A DNA stretch of 64,000 nucleotides from Candidatus Nanopelagicales bacterium (GCA_038208295.1 JBBQYX010000005.1:14213-78212), one strand, 5' to 3'; shown: positions 12,667 through 22,273, counted from the first letter of the stretch. Translations and numbers: made by a program. The notes: generated from the letters alone by a model not told the origin.

Positions 12667-12700
12667 ACGACACGCCGACGAATGGCAACGACACGCCGAC
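12667..12700 (+). promoter_or_regulatory. 13-bp direct repeat ACGACACGCCGAC x2 upstream of the L,D-transpeptidase gene
   Basis: Perfect copies at 12667..12679 and 12688..12700 (21-bp phase), 70-100 bp upstream of ATG 12772. Confidence 0.3.
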
Positions 12701-12771
12701 TCGCTTGGCCATGCGACACCGCGCCTTGTTACAACGGGGACTGTACGGGCACGGCGGCGGAAGGATCTGAC

Positions 12772-13770
12772 ATGACCACGAGGCGCACTGGTGTGACCTC
12801 CCGAGTCCTGGCGGCCTCAGCGGCGGCGGCGCTGGTTGTCGGCGCCTTGGGTCTGGTCGGGGCATCGGACACCTCGGCGGCCACCGCCACCGCCATCTCG
12901 GCGCTCGATCCGGCACCGACAGACCCGGCTGTCCCCCCGACTGTGCCGTCGCCGACGGACAGCGCGACTCCGACTCCGACTCCGACCGCGTCGCCGACGC
13001 CAACGCCAACCGCAACGCCAACGCCAACGCCAACGCCAACGCCAACGCCAACGCCAACGCCAACGCCAACGACGAAGCCGACACCCAAACCGACTCCGAA
13101 GCCCAAACCCACCCCTAAACCCAAACCCACCCCTAAACCGGCGCCGCTGCCGCCTGTCACCCGCAAGGCGCCCCTGCAACTGCCGTTGAAGTACGGAGTC
13201 CGGCAGTACTCCGTCCTCGTCCTGCAGAATCGACTCAAGTGGCTGGGCTACCCGATCACCGACAAGCCCGGTTACTACCAGCGGTCGACCGAGCGCGCGA
13301 TCACCCGGTTCCAGAGCAAGTTCTTCCTCAACACCAGCGGCGTCGTCACCCGGTCCACCTGGACCAAGGTCGTGTCCGTGAGCGGCCGAGTGAATGCACT
13401 GCCGTCCGCGTGCCGGACCCGTACCTCGCTATGCATCGACAAGCGCGCAAAGGTCCTGCGCTATGTCCGCAACGGCACAGTGCTGACGACCCTGGACGCC
13501 CGGTTCGGGACGTCATCGACGCCCACCCCCAATGGGACCTTCCGGGTCTACCGCAAAAGCCGCGACCACTACTCCAGCCTCTACGGTTCGTGGATGCCGT
13601 ACGCGATGTTCTTCCGTGGCGGTGTGGCGGTGCACTACTCGCCGTACTTCGCCGCTGACGGCTATTACGGCGGCTCGCACGGTTGCGTCAACATCCGGGA
13701 CAAGGCCGGTGTCGCCCGGCTGTACGACCGGGTCCCGATCGGCACCCGGGTCGTCGTCTACGGCCGCTAG
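12772..13770 (+). CDS. L,D-transpeptidase (signal peptide, Thr/Pro/Lys linker, PG-binding domain, YkuD domain)
   Basis: Inner ATG 12772 with GGAAGGA upstream. N-terminus [29 protein letters not shown]_binding_1-like [10 protein letters not shown]...ITRFQSKF. YkuD catalytic GGSHGCVNI. Confidence 0.88.
   Translation: MTTRRTGVTSRVLAASAAAALVVGALGLVGASDTSAATATAISALDPAPTDPAVPPTVPSPTDSATPTPTPTASPTPTPTATPTPTPTPTPTPTPTPTPTTKPTPKPTPKPKPTPKPKPTPKPAPLPPVTRKAPLQLPLKYGVRQYSVLVLQNRLKWLGYPITDKPGYYQRSTERAITRFQSKFFLNTSGVVTRSTWTKVVSVSGRVNALPSACRTRTSLCIDKRAKVLRYVRNGTVLTTLDARFGTSSTPTPNGTFRVYRKSRDHYSSLYGSWMPYAMFFRGGVAVHYSPYFAADGYYGGSHGCVNIRDKAGVARLYDRVPIGTRVVVYGR
12997..13068 (+). repeat. hexanucleotide microsatellite (ACGCCA)n in the ldt linker
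   Basis: 12 units with one imperfect (ACCGCA at 13009), encoding (TP)n. It is followed by AAACCCAAACCCACCCCT-type repeats to about 13140. Confidence 0.9.
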
Positions 13771-13909
13771 CCGTGGGTGGTTGGCCGGTGTCGACGTGGC
13801 GGTCCAGAGACCGGATGCCACGGTTCCGACGTACGGCTGGGGAGGGGGATGATCGGCAGCGAGCGGCGATGGCATGGTGTGCGCCGCACGACGACTTCCG
13901 GGAGGCAGC

Positions 13910-14419
13910 ATGACGACCGACGAAGCGGACCGGCCGGCTGAGGTGGAGCCGGCGGCGGCCACCGATGGACCCGTGGCCGATCCGATGTTCAGCCAGCTGC
14001 GCAGCCGCCGCGGTGAGCTGAAGCGGGCCATGTCCGACCTGGAGATCGCCATCGGCGCGCCGGCGCCCGGCCGGCTGGACGAATGGGCTGCCGGGGTCGC
14101 CGAGCCGTTGGCGCGGGTCCGGGCAGCGTTCGACATCCATGTGGAGGTCAACGAGGGTCCGCAGGCCTACCACCAGACGATCCTGGCCAGCGCCCCGCGG
14201 TTGGCCGGCCGGGTCAATCGCCTCCAGCGCGAACACGTGATCATGCGCCACGAGCTGGACGAGTTGCAGTCGGCTCTGGACGGGGTCACCCAGGCCGACG
14301 GTGCCGGGGAGGTCCGCAACCGGGCCACCGAGTTCATCGCGACGCTAGTGCGGCATCGGCAGCGAGGTTCCGACCTGGTCTGGGAAGCGTTTAGCGTCGA
14401 CGTCGGCAGCGGCGAATAG
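13910..14419 (+). CDS. hypothetical four-helix protein, possibly hemerythrin-like
   Basis: Inner ATG 13910 with GGGAGG at 13900. FDIHVEVNEGPQAYHQ...LQREHVIMRHELDEL resembles HHE cation-binding motifs. The assignment is tentative. Confidence 0.55.
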   Translation: MTTDEADRPAEVEPAAATDGPVADPMFSQLRSRRGELKRAMSDLEIAIGAPAPGRLDEWAAGVAEPLARVRAAFDIHVEVNEGPQAYHQTILASAPRLAGRVNRLQREHVIMRHELDELQSALDGVTQADGAGEVRNRATEFIATLVRHRQRGSDLVWEAFSVDVGSGE

Positions 14420-15082
14420 ATGGACCCCGTGGCGAGCGGTCGGCGACTGCTGACCGCGGGCGGGCGGGCCTGGAACGATCAGGCACTGCCGCGGCTCACC
14501 GATCTGGTGCTCGCCGGCGAGGGGGTGGCCCGGCTGCGGGCCTGGACCGCACAGGACCTGACGGGCACGGTGCTGGAGATCGGCTCGGGTTCGGGCCGCA
14601 GCTGGAAGCACTTCGGACCCGCCGTGACGCAGATCCTGGCGGTGGAGCCCTCGGACACGGCGTGGGCCCAGGCCGAGCAACTCGCCACCGAGTTGGGCCT
14701 GTCCGTCGAACGGGTGTCCACCGACGCGGCGCACCTGCCGGTGCCCGACGACAGCGTCGACCATGCCGTGTCGATGTTCGCGCTGTGCACCATCCCCGAC
14801 GTGGCGGGCGCCCTCGCCGAGATCGCGCGCACCCTGCGCCCCGGCGGCAGCTTCCGATTCCTCGAACACGGCCGCGCCACGAGCACCGGTGGGCATGCCC
14901 TGCAGCGGTTGATCGAGCCGGTCTGGAAGCCGGTCGCGGGCGGCTGCCATCTCACCCGTAGCCCGGAGGAGCTCGTACGATCCGCCGGCCTCGAGATCGT
15001 GCACGTCCGGCAGCTGGGCACACTCGCGGTGTCACCGTGGAGCTACCTGCGACGTGGCGAGGCGCGCAAACTCGCCCCTTAA
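14420..15082 (+). CDS. class I SAM-dependent methyltransferase
   Basis: VLEIGSGSGRS (motif I), DDSVDHAVSMFALCTIPD, LRPGGSFRFLEHG. The ATG directly abuts the TAG of the upstream gene. Confidence 0.85.
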   Translation: MDPVASGRRLLTAGGRAWNDQALPRLTDLVLAGEGVARLRAWTAQDLTGTVLEIGSGSGRSWKHFGPAVTQILAVEPSDTAWAQAEQLATELGLSVERVSTDAAHLPVPDDSVDHAVSMFALCTIPDVAGALAEIARTLRPGGSFRFLEHGRATSTGGHALQRLIEPVWKPVAGGCHLTRSPEELVRSAGLEIVHVRQLGTLAVSPWSYLRRGEARKLAP

Positions 15083-15118
15083 CCGTCCCCGCAGCACGCC
15101 CCGGACCCGTACGACGGA

Positions 15119-15154
15119 GCAGGCCCGCACTCCCCCCAGGAGGTGCGGGCCTGC
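15119..15154. terminator. hairpin between convergent methyltransferase gene and adhE
   Basis: 12-bp stem GCAGGCCCGCAC / GTGCGGGCCTGC with a 12-nt loop. Confidence 0.65.
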
Positions 15155-15266
15155 ATCTGTCGGGTCGACATCACGTCGACCATGGTCGAACGGTGCCAGC
15201 CCACTGGACCCATCGGCCATCGGCCGCGCGTGCTGAGTTCAGTGGCCCAATAACCCTTCCGCGGAG

Positions 15267-17852
15267 TCAGGATCCGTAGTACGCGGCTCGCAGCAACTGC
15301 TCGATCTCGGCCACCATCGGCATGCGCGGGTTGGTGCGCATCGACACGTCGGCGAAGGAGTTGGCGACCAGTTCGGGCAGCGCGGCCAGGAAGTCCGCCT
15401 CGGGAATCCCCGCAGCGGCGAAGGTCTTCGGCACTCCGACCTCGGCGATGAGACCGTCCACGGCGTCGAACAACCGCTGCCGACGCTCGTCGTCGTCGTG
15501 GCCGCCGAACAGGATGTAGCCGACCTGCGCGTACTTCTCCGGTGCGACGTACGAGGAGTAGCCCGGCGCCGGCATGAACTTCGACGGGATGGCAGCGTTG
15601 TAGCGCAGCACATGCGGCAGCAGGATGGCGTTGGCCTTGCCGTGCGCCACATGGAACTTCGCCCCCACCGAGTGAGCCATGGCGTGGTTGACGCCGATGA
15701 AGGCATTGGAAAAGGCCAACCCGGCGATGGTGGCCGCATTGGCCATCCCCGTACGGGCCTCCATGTCTTCACCGTTGCGCACCGCACGCGGCAGCCACTC
15801 GAAGATCATCCGAATGGCCTGCATGCAGAAGGCGTCGGTGTACGGCGAGGAGAAGATCGAGACCGCGCCCTCCAGCGCGTGGGTCAGGGCGTCCAGGCCG
15901 GTGTCGGCGGTCGCGCTGGGCGGCAAGCCGATCGTGAGCACCGGGTCGACGATGGCCATGTCAGGCACCAGGGAGTAGTCCACCAGACTGGCCTTGCGCC
16001 CATCGACGGTGATGACCGCGGCTGGGGAAACCTCCGAGCCAGTGCCCGAGGTGGTGGGAATGGCGATGAGCTGGACCGTATGCGCGTCCGTGGGGAAGTC
16101 CGCCACCCGCTTGCGCGGGTCCAGGAACGGCAGGGCCAACTCATCGAGTTGCAGGTCCGGGTGCTCGTAGAACAGCCGCATGGCTTTCGCAGCGTCGAGC
16201 ACGGAACCGCCGCCCACGGCCACGACGACGTCCGGCTGGAAGTCCTTCATCAGGGCGACGCCGGTCATGATGGTCTTCTCGTCCGGCTCCGGCAGCACCG
16301 CGGAGAACACCCGGGCGAAGGCGCCCATCGGCAGGTGGCTACGGACCTGCGCCACGATGCCAGCAGTCTCCAGAACCGAGTCGGTGACGATCAGCACCTT
16401 CTCCATCGGGATCGCCCGCAGATTCTCCAGCGCGCCGACGTTGAAGAACGTGGTGGCGGGCACGCGGAACCACTGCGGCGGGGTGGTGCGCCGTGACACG
16501 GTCTTGATGTTCAACAGGTTCTTGTAGTTCACGTTGTCGGTCGTCATGGATCCGCCCCAGGTGCCGCAGCCGAGTGAGAAGGTGGGCGGCAGTGAGTTGT
16601 AGACGCCACCGAGTGCGCCTACCGCCGTGGGCGCGTTGACGAGGATGCGGCCCGTGCGTACGGCTGCCGCATAACGGTCGATCACCGAATCGTCACGTGC
16701 ATAGATGCTGGAGGTGTGGCCGAGGCCGCCGTGTTCGGTCACGCAGACGGCGGCGTCGATGGCGTGCTGCACGGAGGTGGCACGTACCAATCCCAGCACT
16801 GGCATGAGTTTTTCCTGGCGCAGCGTGTGCCGGGTCAGTTCCTCGATGTCACCGGGCAGTTCGGCGAGCAGGACCTTGGTGTCGTCCGGCACGTCCAGTT
16901 TGGCCCGCTTGGCCAACTCAGGTGCCTTCTGGCCCAGAGCCCCCATGTTGACCTTCTCGCCGTCGCCGAAGGCGAACACGGCCAGTTGGGTCGCCTCCTT
17001 CTCGGTCATCAGATAGGCCTTCATCCGGACGAACTCCGCCACGACCTCGTCGTAGACCTCGTCGTCGATGATGATGGTCTGTTCGGCCGGGCAGATGACC
17101 GATGCGTCGAAGGTCTTGGAGATGAGCACGTCGACGACGACGCCCTTGAGGTCGGCGCTCTTGTGTACGTAACAGGGCGCGTTGCCCGGACCGACCGACA
17201 GGCAAGGCTTGCCGGCTTCATTGGTGAGCTGGACGATTCGCGGCCCACCGGTGGTCCACAGGAAGTCGATGCTGGGATGCTTGAACAGGTAGTGCGTGAC
17301 GGTGTGCTCGGGTTGCGGGATCACCTGGACGGCGCCCTTGGGCATACCCGCCGCCTCACCCGCTGCGGCGAGGATCTCCACGACCTTGCTCGCGCTGCCG
17401 GTCGCGATGGGGTGCGCCCGGAAGACGATCGAGTTACGGGTCTTCGCGGCACAAATCGCCTTGAACAGAACCGTGGACGTCGGGTTCGTGATGGGGGTGA
17501 TCGCCATGATCACGCCCATCGGCTCGGCGATATAGGAGAGCCCCAGCTCCGGGTCCTCATCGATGACGCCAACGGTCTTCTTGCCGCGTAGATAGTCGTA
17601 CAGGAACTCAGTGGCGACGAAGTTCTTGATGACCTTGTCCTCGAACACTCCGAAGCCGGTCTCCATGACTGCCAGCAAGGCCAGTTCCCCGGTGGCCCTG
17701 ATGCCCGCACGCACCATGGCGCCGACGATCTCGTCGACCTGCTCCTGATCCATCTGGCGGAATTCGTCGGCTGCTCGACGGGCTAAGGCAACCTGCTCGT
17801 CTACGGACTCGCGAATATCGGACGCGAGGCCCGGGGCTTCGGTCACGGTCAT
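15267..17852 (-). CDS. adhE: bifunctional acetaldehyde-CoA / alcohol dehydrogenase
   Basis: 861 aa. N-terminal ALDH domain plus C-terminal iron-ADH domain (VVAVGGGSVLDAAKAM, HAMAHSVGAKFHVAHG). GGAGGG lies upstream of the ATG. Confidence 0.96.
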   Translation of the reverse strand: MTVTEAPGLASDIRESVDEQVALARRAADEFRQMDQEQVDEIVGAMVRAGIRATGELALLAVMETGFGVFEDKVIKNFVATEFLYDYLRGKKTVGVIDEDPELGLSYIAEPMGVIMAITPITNPTSTVLFKAICAAKTRNSIVFRAHPIATGSASKVVEILAAAGEAAGMPKGAVQVIPQPEHTVTHYLFKHPSIDFLWTTGGPRIVQLTNEAGKPCLSVGPGNAPCYVHKSADLKGVVVDVLISKTFDASVICPAEQTIIIDDEVYDEVVAEFVRMKAYLMTEKEATQLAVFAFGDGEKVNMGALGQKAPELAKRAKLDVPDDTKVLLAELPGDIEELTRHTLRQEKLMPVLGLVRATSVQHAIDAAVCVTEHGGLGHTSSIYARDDSVIDRYAAAVRTGRILVNAPTAVGALGGVYNSLPPTFSLGCGTWGGSMTTDNVNYKNLLNIKTVSRRTTPPQWFRVPATTFFNVGALENLRAIPMEKVLIVTDSVLETAGIVAQVRSHLPMGAFARVFSAVLPEPDEKTIMTGVALMKDFQPDVVVAVGGGSVLDAAKAMRLFYEHPDLQLDELALPFLDPRKRVADFPTDAHTVQLIAIPTTSGTGSEVSPAAVITVDGRKASLVDYSLVPDMAIVDPVLTIGLPPSATADTGLDALTHALEGAVSIFSSPYTDAFCMQAIRMIFEWLPRAVRNGEDMEARTGMANAATIAGLAFSNAFIGVNHAMAHSVGAKFHVAHGKANAILLPHVLRYNAAIPSKFMPAPGYSSYVAPEKYAQVGYILFGGHDDDERRQRLFDAVDGLIAEVGVPKTFAAAGIPEADFLAALPELVANSFADVSMRTNPRMPMVAEIEQLLRAAYYGS

Positions 17853-18095
17853 GCTCGGGACCCTCCATGCTGTGTGAAGTAGGTGCTCACGGACGTGCTG
17901 CTGACTGGGCGGACATGATGCCGCGCCCGCGGACGGCAGCCGGTCGGGCTGGGTCCGCAGACGCAGTGTGCCCCCTACCCAACCCGCTCGTCCCCAGATC
18001 CGGCAGGGTCCTTAGCCGTCCGGGCGGACGCCGTCGGTCCCGGGTCGGCTCGCGGGCCACCGACTCGACACCGCCTGACGGCCACCGGCGGCTGC

Positions 18096-18923
18096 TCAAC
18101 CTGCCGTCGGCCCGGCCGCAAGGTGCAGACGGGCGAAGGCGAGGGCCTCGGCCAGGTCATATTCGCGCTCGGCCCGGGACGCGGCTTTGCGGGTGGACAC
18201 CTCGACCACGACGTTGCCGGTGAAGCTGCGCCGGGCCAGGGACTCCAGCAGCGCGGCCCCGGGCTGATTGCCGCGGCCGGGGATCAGGTGTTCGTCCCGG
18301 GCGGCGCCGGTGCCGTCGGCCAGGTGGATGTGCACCAACCGGTCACCGAGGTCCTCGGCGATCTCCAGGGCGTCAGATCCCGAGACCGAGGTGTGCGACA
18401 GGTCCAGGGTCGTATGCGGATAGTCCTCTGCTCGTACGTCCCAACCCGGGAGGTACGCGGCCAGCTCCCGCGAGCGGGCCCGCCACGGAAACATGTTCTC
18501 CACGGCGAAACGGACCGCGGTCTCCTCGCCCATCCGGTGCAGCCCGGAGACGAACTCTTTGGCGTAGTCCCGCTGCCAGCGGAACGGCGGATGCACGACC
18601 ACGGTCGAGGCGCCGAGGGTCTCGGCGGCGGCCCGGGCCCGGACGAGCTTGCCCCAGGGATCAGTACCCCAGACCCGTTGAGTGACCAGCAGGCAGGGCG
18701 CGTGCACCGCCAGGATCGGCATGCCGTAGTGGTCGGACAGCCGCCGCAGCGACTCCGGATCCTGACTGACCGGGTCGGTCATCACCATGACCTCGATCCC
18801 GTCGTAGCCCAGCCGGGCGGCGATCTCGAAGGCGGCCGCGGTCGACTCGGGGAACACCGAGACGGTGGACAGGATGACCTGGGCGTCCGGGATGGACACG
18901 CTCATGGCGGCTGGCACACTCAT
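18096..18923 (-). CDS. sugar phosphate isomerase/epimerase (xylose isomerase-like TIM barrel)
   Basis: 275 aa. GYDGIEVMV...AVHAP...VVVHPP...FAVENM...LDLSHT...HIHLADG pattern of the AP_endonuc_2 TIM-barrel family. Confidence 0.85.
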   Translation of the reverse strand: MSVPAAMSVSIPDAQVILSTVSVFPESTAAAFEIAARLGYDGIEVMVMTDPVSQDPESLRRLSDHYGMPILAVHAPCLLVTQRVWGTDPWGKLVRARAAAETLGASTVVVHPPFRWQRDYAKEFVSGLHRMGEETAVRFAVENMFPWRARSRELAAYLPGWDVRAEDYPHTTLDLSHTSVSGSDALEIAEDLGDRLVHIHLADGTGAARDEHLIPGRGNQPGAALLESLARRSFTGNVVVEVSTRKAASRAEREYDLAEALAFARLHLAAGPTAG

Positions 18924-19008
18924 GACGCCGCCAGATTCATGACGCCGTCAGATTCATGCCGCCGCCAATTTCAAGGCCGCCGCCCAAAGTCATGGCCGCC
19001 GCCAACGG
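18902..19008 (-). repeat. six-unit 17-19 bp tandem array spanning the ATPase stop and the isomerase start
   Basis: Units start at 18902, 18920, 18937, 18954, 18971 and 18990. Five of six begin TCAT (ATGA on the coding strand); the fifth begins TCAA. Confidence 0.9.
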
Positions 19009-21338
19009 TCCGTGACCAGCGTCGCTACCCATACCAGCAACGCTCCCACGCCACCGGCGGCCAGCGCGACCAGGCCGTCCTCGTCATAGGACGGGCTCAG
19101 CGCGAACATGTTGGACAGGAAGGGCACGAACAGGACCAGCAGGAACATCGCCACCATGAGGGCCACGATGGCCAGCCGGATCCCGTTCAACGGTCGGGCG
19201 GACTGCACCAGCACGGTCGTGGTCACGATGAACAGCGTGATGGTGGCCGTCACCCGGGAGGATTCGATGGAATCCGAGCCGACGGTCAGGCTGAGGTAGT
19301 AGGCGACGAAGGCGCTGGCGGCCGCGATCAGTCCCGCCGGCGCCGCGAACAGGACCACCCGCTTGAAGAAGCCCGGGCGGAAGCGTTCGGTGTTGGGCAT
19401 GAGCGCGAGGAAGAACCCGGGTATGCCGATGGTCAGCGCACTGATCAGCGACAGGTGCCGCGGCAGGAAGGGGAACGGGACCGTGAACACGCCGGTCGCG
19501 ATGGCGAGCACCATCGCGTAAAACGACTTGGTCAGGAAGACATCGGACACCCGTTCGATGTTCCCCAGGACCCGACGACCCTCGGCCACCACACTGGGCA
19601 TCACCGAGAACTTGTTGTCCATCAGCACGATCTGGGCGACCGCCCGGGTCGCCGCCGATCCCGACCCCATGGCGATGCCCAGGTCCGCACTCTTCAGCGC
19701 GAGGACGTCGTTGACGCCGTCTCCGGTCATCGCGACCGTATGCCCGCTGTGGTGCAGGGCGTCCACCATCTGCTGTTTCTGGGCAGGTGTGACGCGTCCG
19801 AACACGCTGTGGGTCTCCAGGACGGCGGCCAGCTCGGCGGTGTCGGTCGGCAGCTCCCTGGCATCGACCGGGTCCTGCGCCCGCGGGATCCCCGCCCGGG
19901 CGGCGATGGCGCCCACCGTCACCGGGTTGTCCCCGGAGATCACCTTCAGTTCCACACCCTGGCTCAGGAAGTACGCCACCGTGTCGGGGACGTCCGGGCG
20001 TAACGCCTGGTCGATGACGACCAGCGCCGCCGCGCGCAGCGGTCCAGTCCCCTCTTCTGGGTCCGGCCCCTTGCCATCGGCCGCGGTGGATCGGGCCAGC
20101 AGCAGAACCCTCGCCCCACCGGCGGCCTGCTCATCGGCCAACGCCCGAGCCGGGTCGTCCGCGGGCAGCAGGATCTCCGGAGCACCCAGCAGCCAGCTGC
20201 CCTGCCCGTCGAACGTCGCGGCGGACCATTTGCGGGCGCTGGAGAACGGCACGGTGGCCGTCAACTCCCAACCGCCTGGAGCCTCGTAGGCACTGGCCAC
20301 CGCCGCCAGGGTGGGGTTCGGGCTGTCCTCGCTGCCCCCCAGGGCCCCCAGCGCTGCCGCCACCGGTGCCGCCTCGTCCAGGCGGATCACGTCGCGCACC
20401 TGCATCCCGGGCTGGGTCAGAGTGCCGGTTTTGTCCACGCAGACCGTGTCGACGCGCGCCAGGATCTCCACCGCTGGCATCTCCTGAACCAAGGCTTTGC
20501 GCCCGGCCAGCCGGATGACCGCAACGGCCATCGCGATACTCGTCAGCAACACCAGCCCTTCGGGCACCATCGTCACCATCCCGGCGATTGCGCCGCGGAT
20601 GGCATCGCGCAGGCTCTGGTCGCTGTGCAGCTGGGACCACAGCAGGAGCCCCCCGATGGGGAGCAGGAAGTACGACACGATCCGGATGAACCGCATGATC
20701 GAGTCACGCAGCTCTGATTCGGATAAAACGTACTTCTTGGCCTCGGCGGTCAGCCCGGCAGCGAAGGAGTCGCGACCGATCCGGGTGGCCCGGTAGACCC
20801 CCGAGCCCGCCACCACGAACGACCCGGACATGGCCTGGTCGCCGACCGCCTTGTCCACCGGGTCGGCCTCGCCGGTGAGCAGACTCTCGTCGATCTCCAG
20901 GCCGGTCTCGACCAGGACCTCCCCGTCGACGACGAGTTGGTCGCCGGGGCGCAGCACGATCACGTCGTCCAGGACAACCTGCGGCGGCGAGATCTCCTCC
21001 TCGCGGCCGTCGCGGCGGACCAGCGGCCGAACCTCGCCGAGCACCGACAGTTTCGCCAGCGCCCGCGCCGCCCGGTATTCCTGGATGATCCCGATGCCGG
21101 TGTTGGCCAGGATGACGAAACCGAACAGCGAGTCCTGCCACGGCGCCACGATGATCATGACGATCCACAGCGAGCCGAGCAGCGCGTTGAACCAGGTGAA
21201 GGTGTTGGCCCGGACGATGTCGCCGAGGCTGCGGCCGTGGACGTCGGGGGCGTCGTTGACCTGCCCGTTCGCGACCCGCTCGGCGACCTGCGCGGCGCTC
21301 AGCCCACGGGCGACGGTGTTGTCAACGTCGTGGATCAT
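18990..21338 (-). CDS. cation-translocating P-type ATPase (P2-like, CtpE-like)
   Basis: Inner ATG 21338 (MIHDVDNTVARGLSAAQVAERVANGQVN) of ORF 18990..21908. Motifs LTGEADPV, MVPEGL, CVDKTGTLT and MTGDGVNDVLALK. Confidence 0.9.
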   Translation of the reverse strand: MIHDVDNTVARGLSAAQVAERVANGQVNDAPDVHGRSLGDIVRANTFTWFNALLGSLWIVMIIVAPWQDSLFGFVILANTGIGIIQEYRAARALAKLSVLGEVRPLVRRDGREEEISPPQVVLDDVIVLRPGDQLVVDGEVLVETGLEIDESLLTGEADPVDKAVGDQAMSGSFVVAGSGVYRATRIGRDSFAAGLTAEAKKYVLSESELRDSIMRFIRIVSYFLLPIGGLLLWSQLHSDQSLRDAIRGAIAGMVTMVPEGLVLLTSIAMAVAVIRLAGRKALVQEMPAVEILARVDTVCVDKTGTLTQPGMQVRDVIRLDEAAPVAAALGALGGSEDSPNPTLAAVASAYEAPGGWELTATVPFSSARKWSAATFDGQGSWLLGAPEILLPADDPARALADEQAAGGARVLLLARSTAADGKGPDPEEGTGPLRAAALVVIDQALRPDVPDTVAYFLSQGVELKVISGDNPVTVGAIAARAGIPRAQDPVDARELPTDTAELAAVLETHSVFGRVTPAQKQQMVDALHHSGHTVAMTGDGVNDVLALKSADLGIAMGSGSAATRAVAQIVLMDNKFSVMPSVVAEGRRVLGNIERVSDVFLTKSFYAMVLAIATGVFTVPFPFLPRHLSLISALTIGIPGFFLALMPNTERFRPGFFKRVVLFAAPAGLIAAASAFVAYYLSLTVGSDSIESSRVTATITLFIVTTTVLVQSARPLNGIRLAIVALMVAMFLLVLFVPFLSNMFALSPSYDEDGLVALAAGGVGALLVWVATLVTDRWRRP

Positions 21339-21343
21339 CACGG

Positions 21344-22273
21344 CTACGGCTCCAGGGCATCCAGGCGGCGGAGGATGACACCCTCCCGCAGCGCCCAGGG
21401 GCAGATGTCCACCGAATCGACCTGCAGCAGTTCCATCGCCGCGTGCGCGACCATCGCGCCGGCGATCAGCTGCGCGGCGCGACCCTCGGACACCCCCGGC
21501 AACCCGCGGCGCTCCTTCTCCGGCATCGCAGCCAGCTTCGGTACCCACACGGCCAGGTCGTCCCGGCTCAGGGTCCGTCGGACGAACGGCCCCTCGCTGG
21601 ACGGCGCGGCCCCGGCGATTCGGGCCAGCTGCTTGAAGGTCTTGGAGGTCGCCACCGCCCGCATCGGCGGTCCGCTGCGGACCACCCGGCCGGCGACGTC
21701 GGCCACCGTCGCGCGTACGTGCTTGCGCAGGGCCCGGATCTCCTCGGCCGCGGGCGGGTCGCTGCCGAACCGGTCCCGGGTGAGGCGACCGGCGCCCAAG
21801 GGCAGCGAGACGGCCACCTCCGGCTCCTCGTCCACCCCGTTGGCGATCTCCAGGGAGCCCCCGCCGATGTCCAGGACGAGCAGGCGGCCGGCGGACCATC
21901 CGTACCACCGACGTACGGCGAGGAAGGTCAGACGGGCCTCCTCGTCCCCGGACAGCACCACCAGCTCGACCCCGGTCCGGCGCTGGACCTCTGCCAGGAC
22001 TTCCTCGCCGTTATCCGCCCCACGGATCGCCGAAGTGGCGAAGGCGACGATCTCGGTGACCCCCATGTCCTCGGCCACCTGCATGGCCTCGCTGGCGAAC
22101 TCGCACAGGGCGTTGACCGCCGCCTCGTCGACCCGGTTGTCCGCGTCGAGGTGCTCGGCCAGCCGCAGCGCAATCTTCTGCGAGTAGGCCGGCAGGGGGG
22201 CGGCGCCATAGTGCGCGTCGACCACGAGCAGGTGCACCGTGTTGCTGCCCACGTCCAGAACGCCCAGTCGCAC
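21344..22273 (-). CDS. ppx: exopolyphosphatase (Ppx/GppA family)
   Basis: GTG 22273 gives [17 protein letters not shown]..., then [10 protein letters not shown] and [11 protein letters not shown]. The rest of ORF 21344..24178 is a non-coding extension. The stop is 5 nt before the ATPase ATG. Confidence 0.88.
   Translation of the reverse strand: MRLGVLDVGSNTVHLLVVDAHYGAAPLPAYSQKIALRLAEHLDADNRVDEAAVNALCEFASEAMQVAEDMGVTEIVAFATSAIRGADNGEEVLAEVQRRTGVELVVLSGDEEARLTFLAVRRWYGWSAGRLLVLDIGGGSLEIANGVDEEPEVAVSLPLGAGRLTRDRFGSDPPAAEEIRALRKHVRATVADVAGRVVRSGPPMRAVATSKTFKQLARIAGAAPSSEGPFVRRTLSRDDLAVWVPKLAAMPEKERRGLPGVSEGRAAQLIAGAMVAHAAMELLQVDSVDICPWALREGVILRRLDALEP

Noticed and set aside
17868-17888. Possible Rex operator TGTGAA-N7-CTCACG just upstream of adhE.
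   Set aside because: The right half-site matches only 4 of 6 positions and the spacing is wrong for the remembered TTGTGAA-N4-TTCACAA ROP site. It also sits between the SD and the likely promoter.
18937-18993. The 18- and 6-codon mini-ORFs as genuine peptide genes.
   Set aside because: Their sequences are just translated repeat units (GGG-rich), and there is no independent SD. I treat them as coupling devices, not peptide products.
18902-19008. Tandem arrays (also 27544..27625 and 8251..8313) as possible CRISPR arrays.
   Set aside because: The units are contiguous with no unique spacers, periods are 13-19 bp, and no cas genes are present. They are minisatellites.
18123-20003. A 626-aa plus-strand ORF across the isomerase and ATPase genes.
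   Set aside because: It is antisense to two well-supported genes and its product is His/Arg/Gly/Asp low complexity with no motifs.
21339-21908. A 190-codon N-terminal extension of the P-type ATPase ORF.
   Set aside because: It overlaps the ppx coding region and is Arg/Gly/Pro-rich. ATPase-like sequence starts at MIHDVDNT (ATG 21338), 5 nt after the ppx stop.
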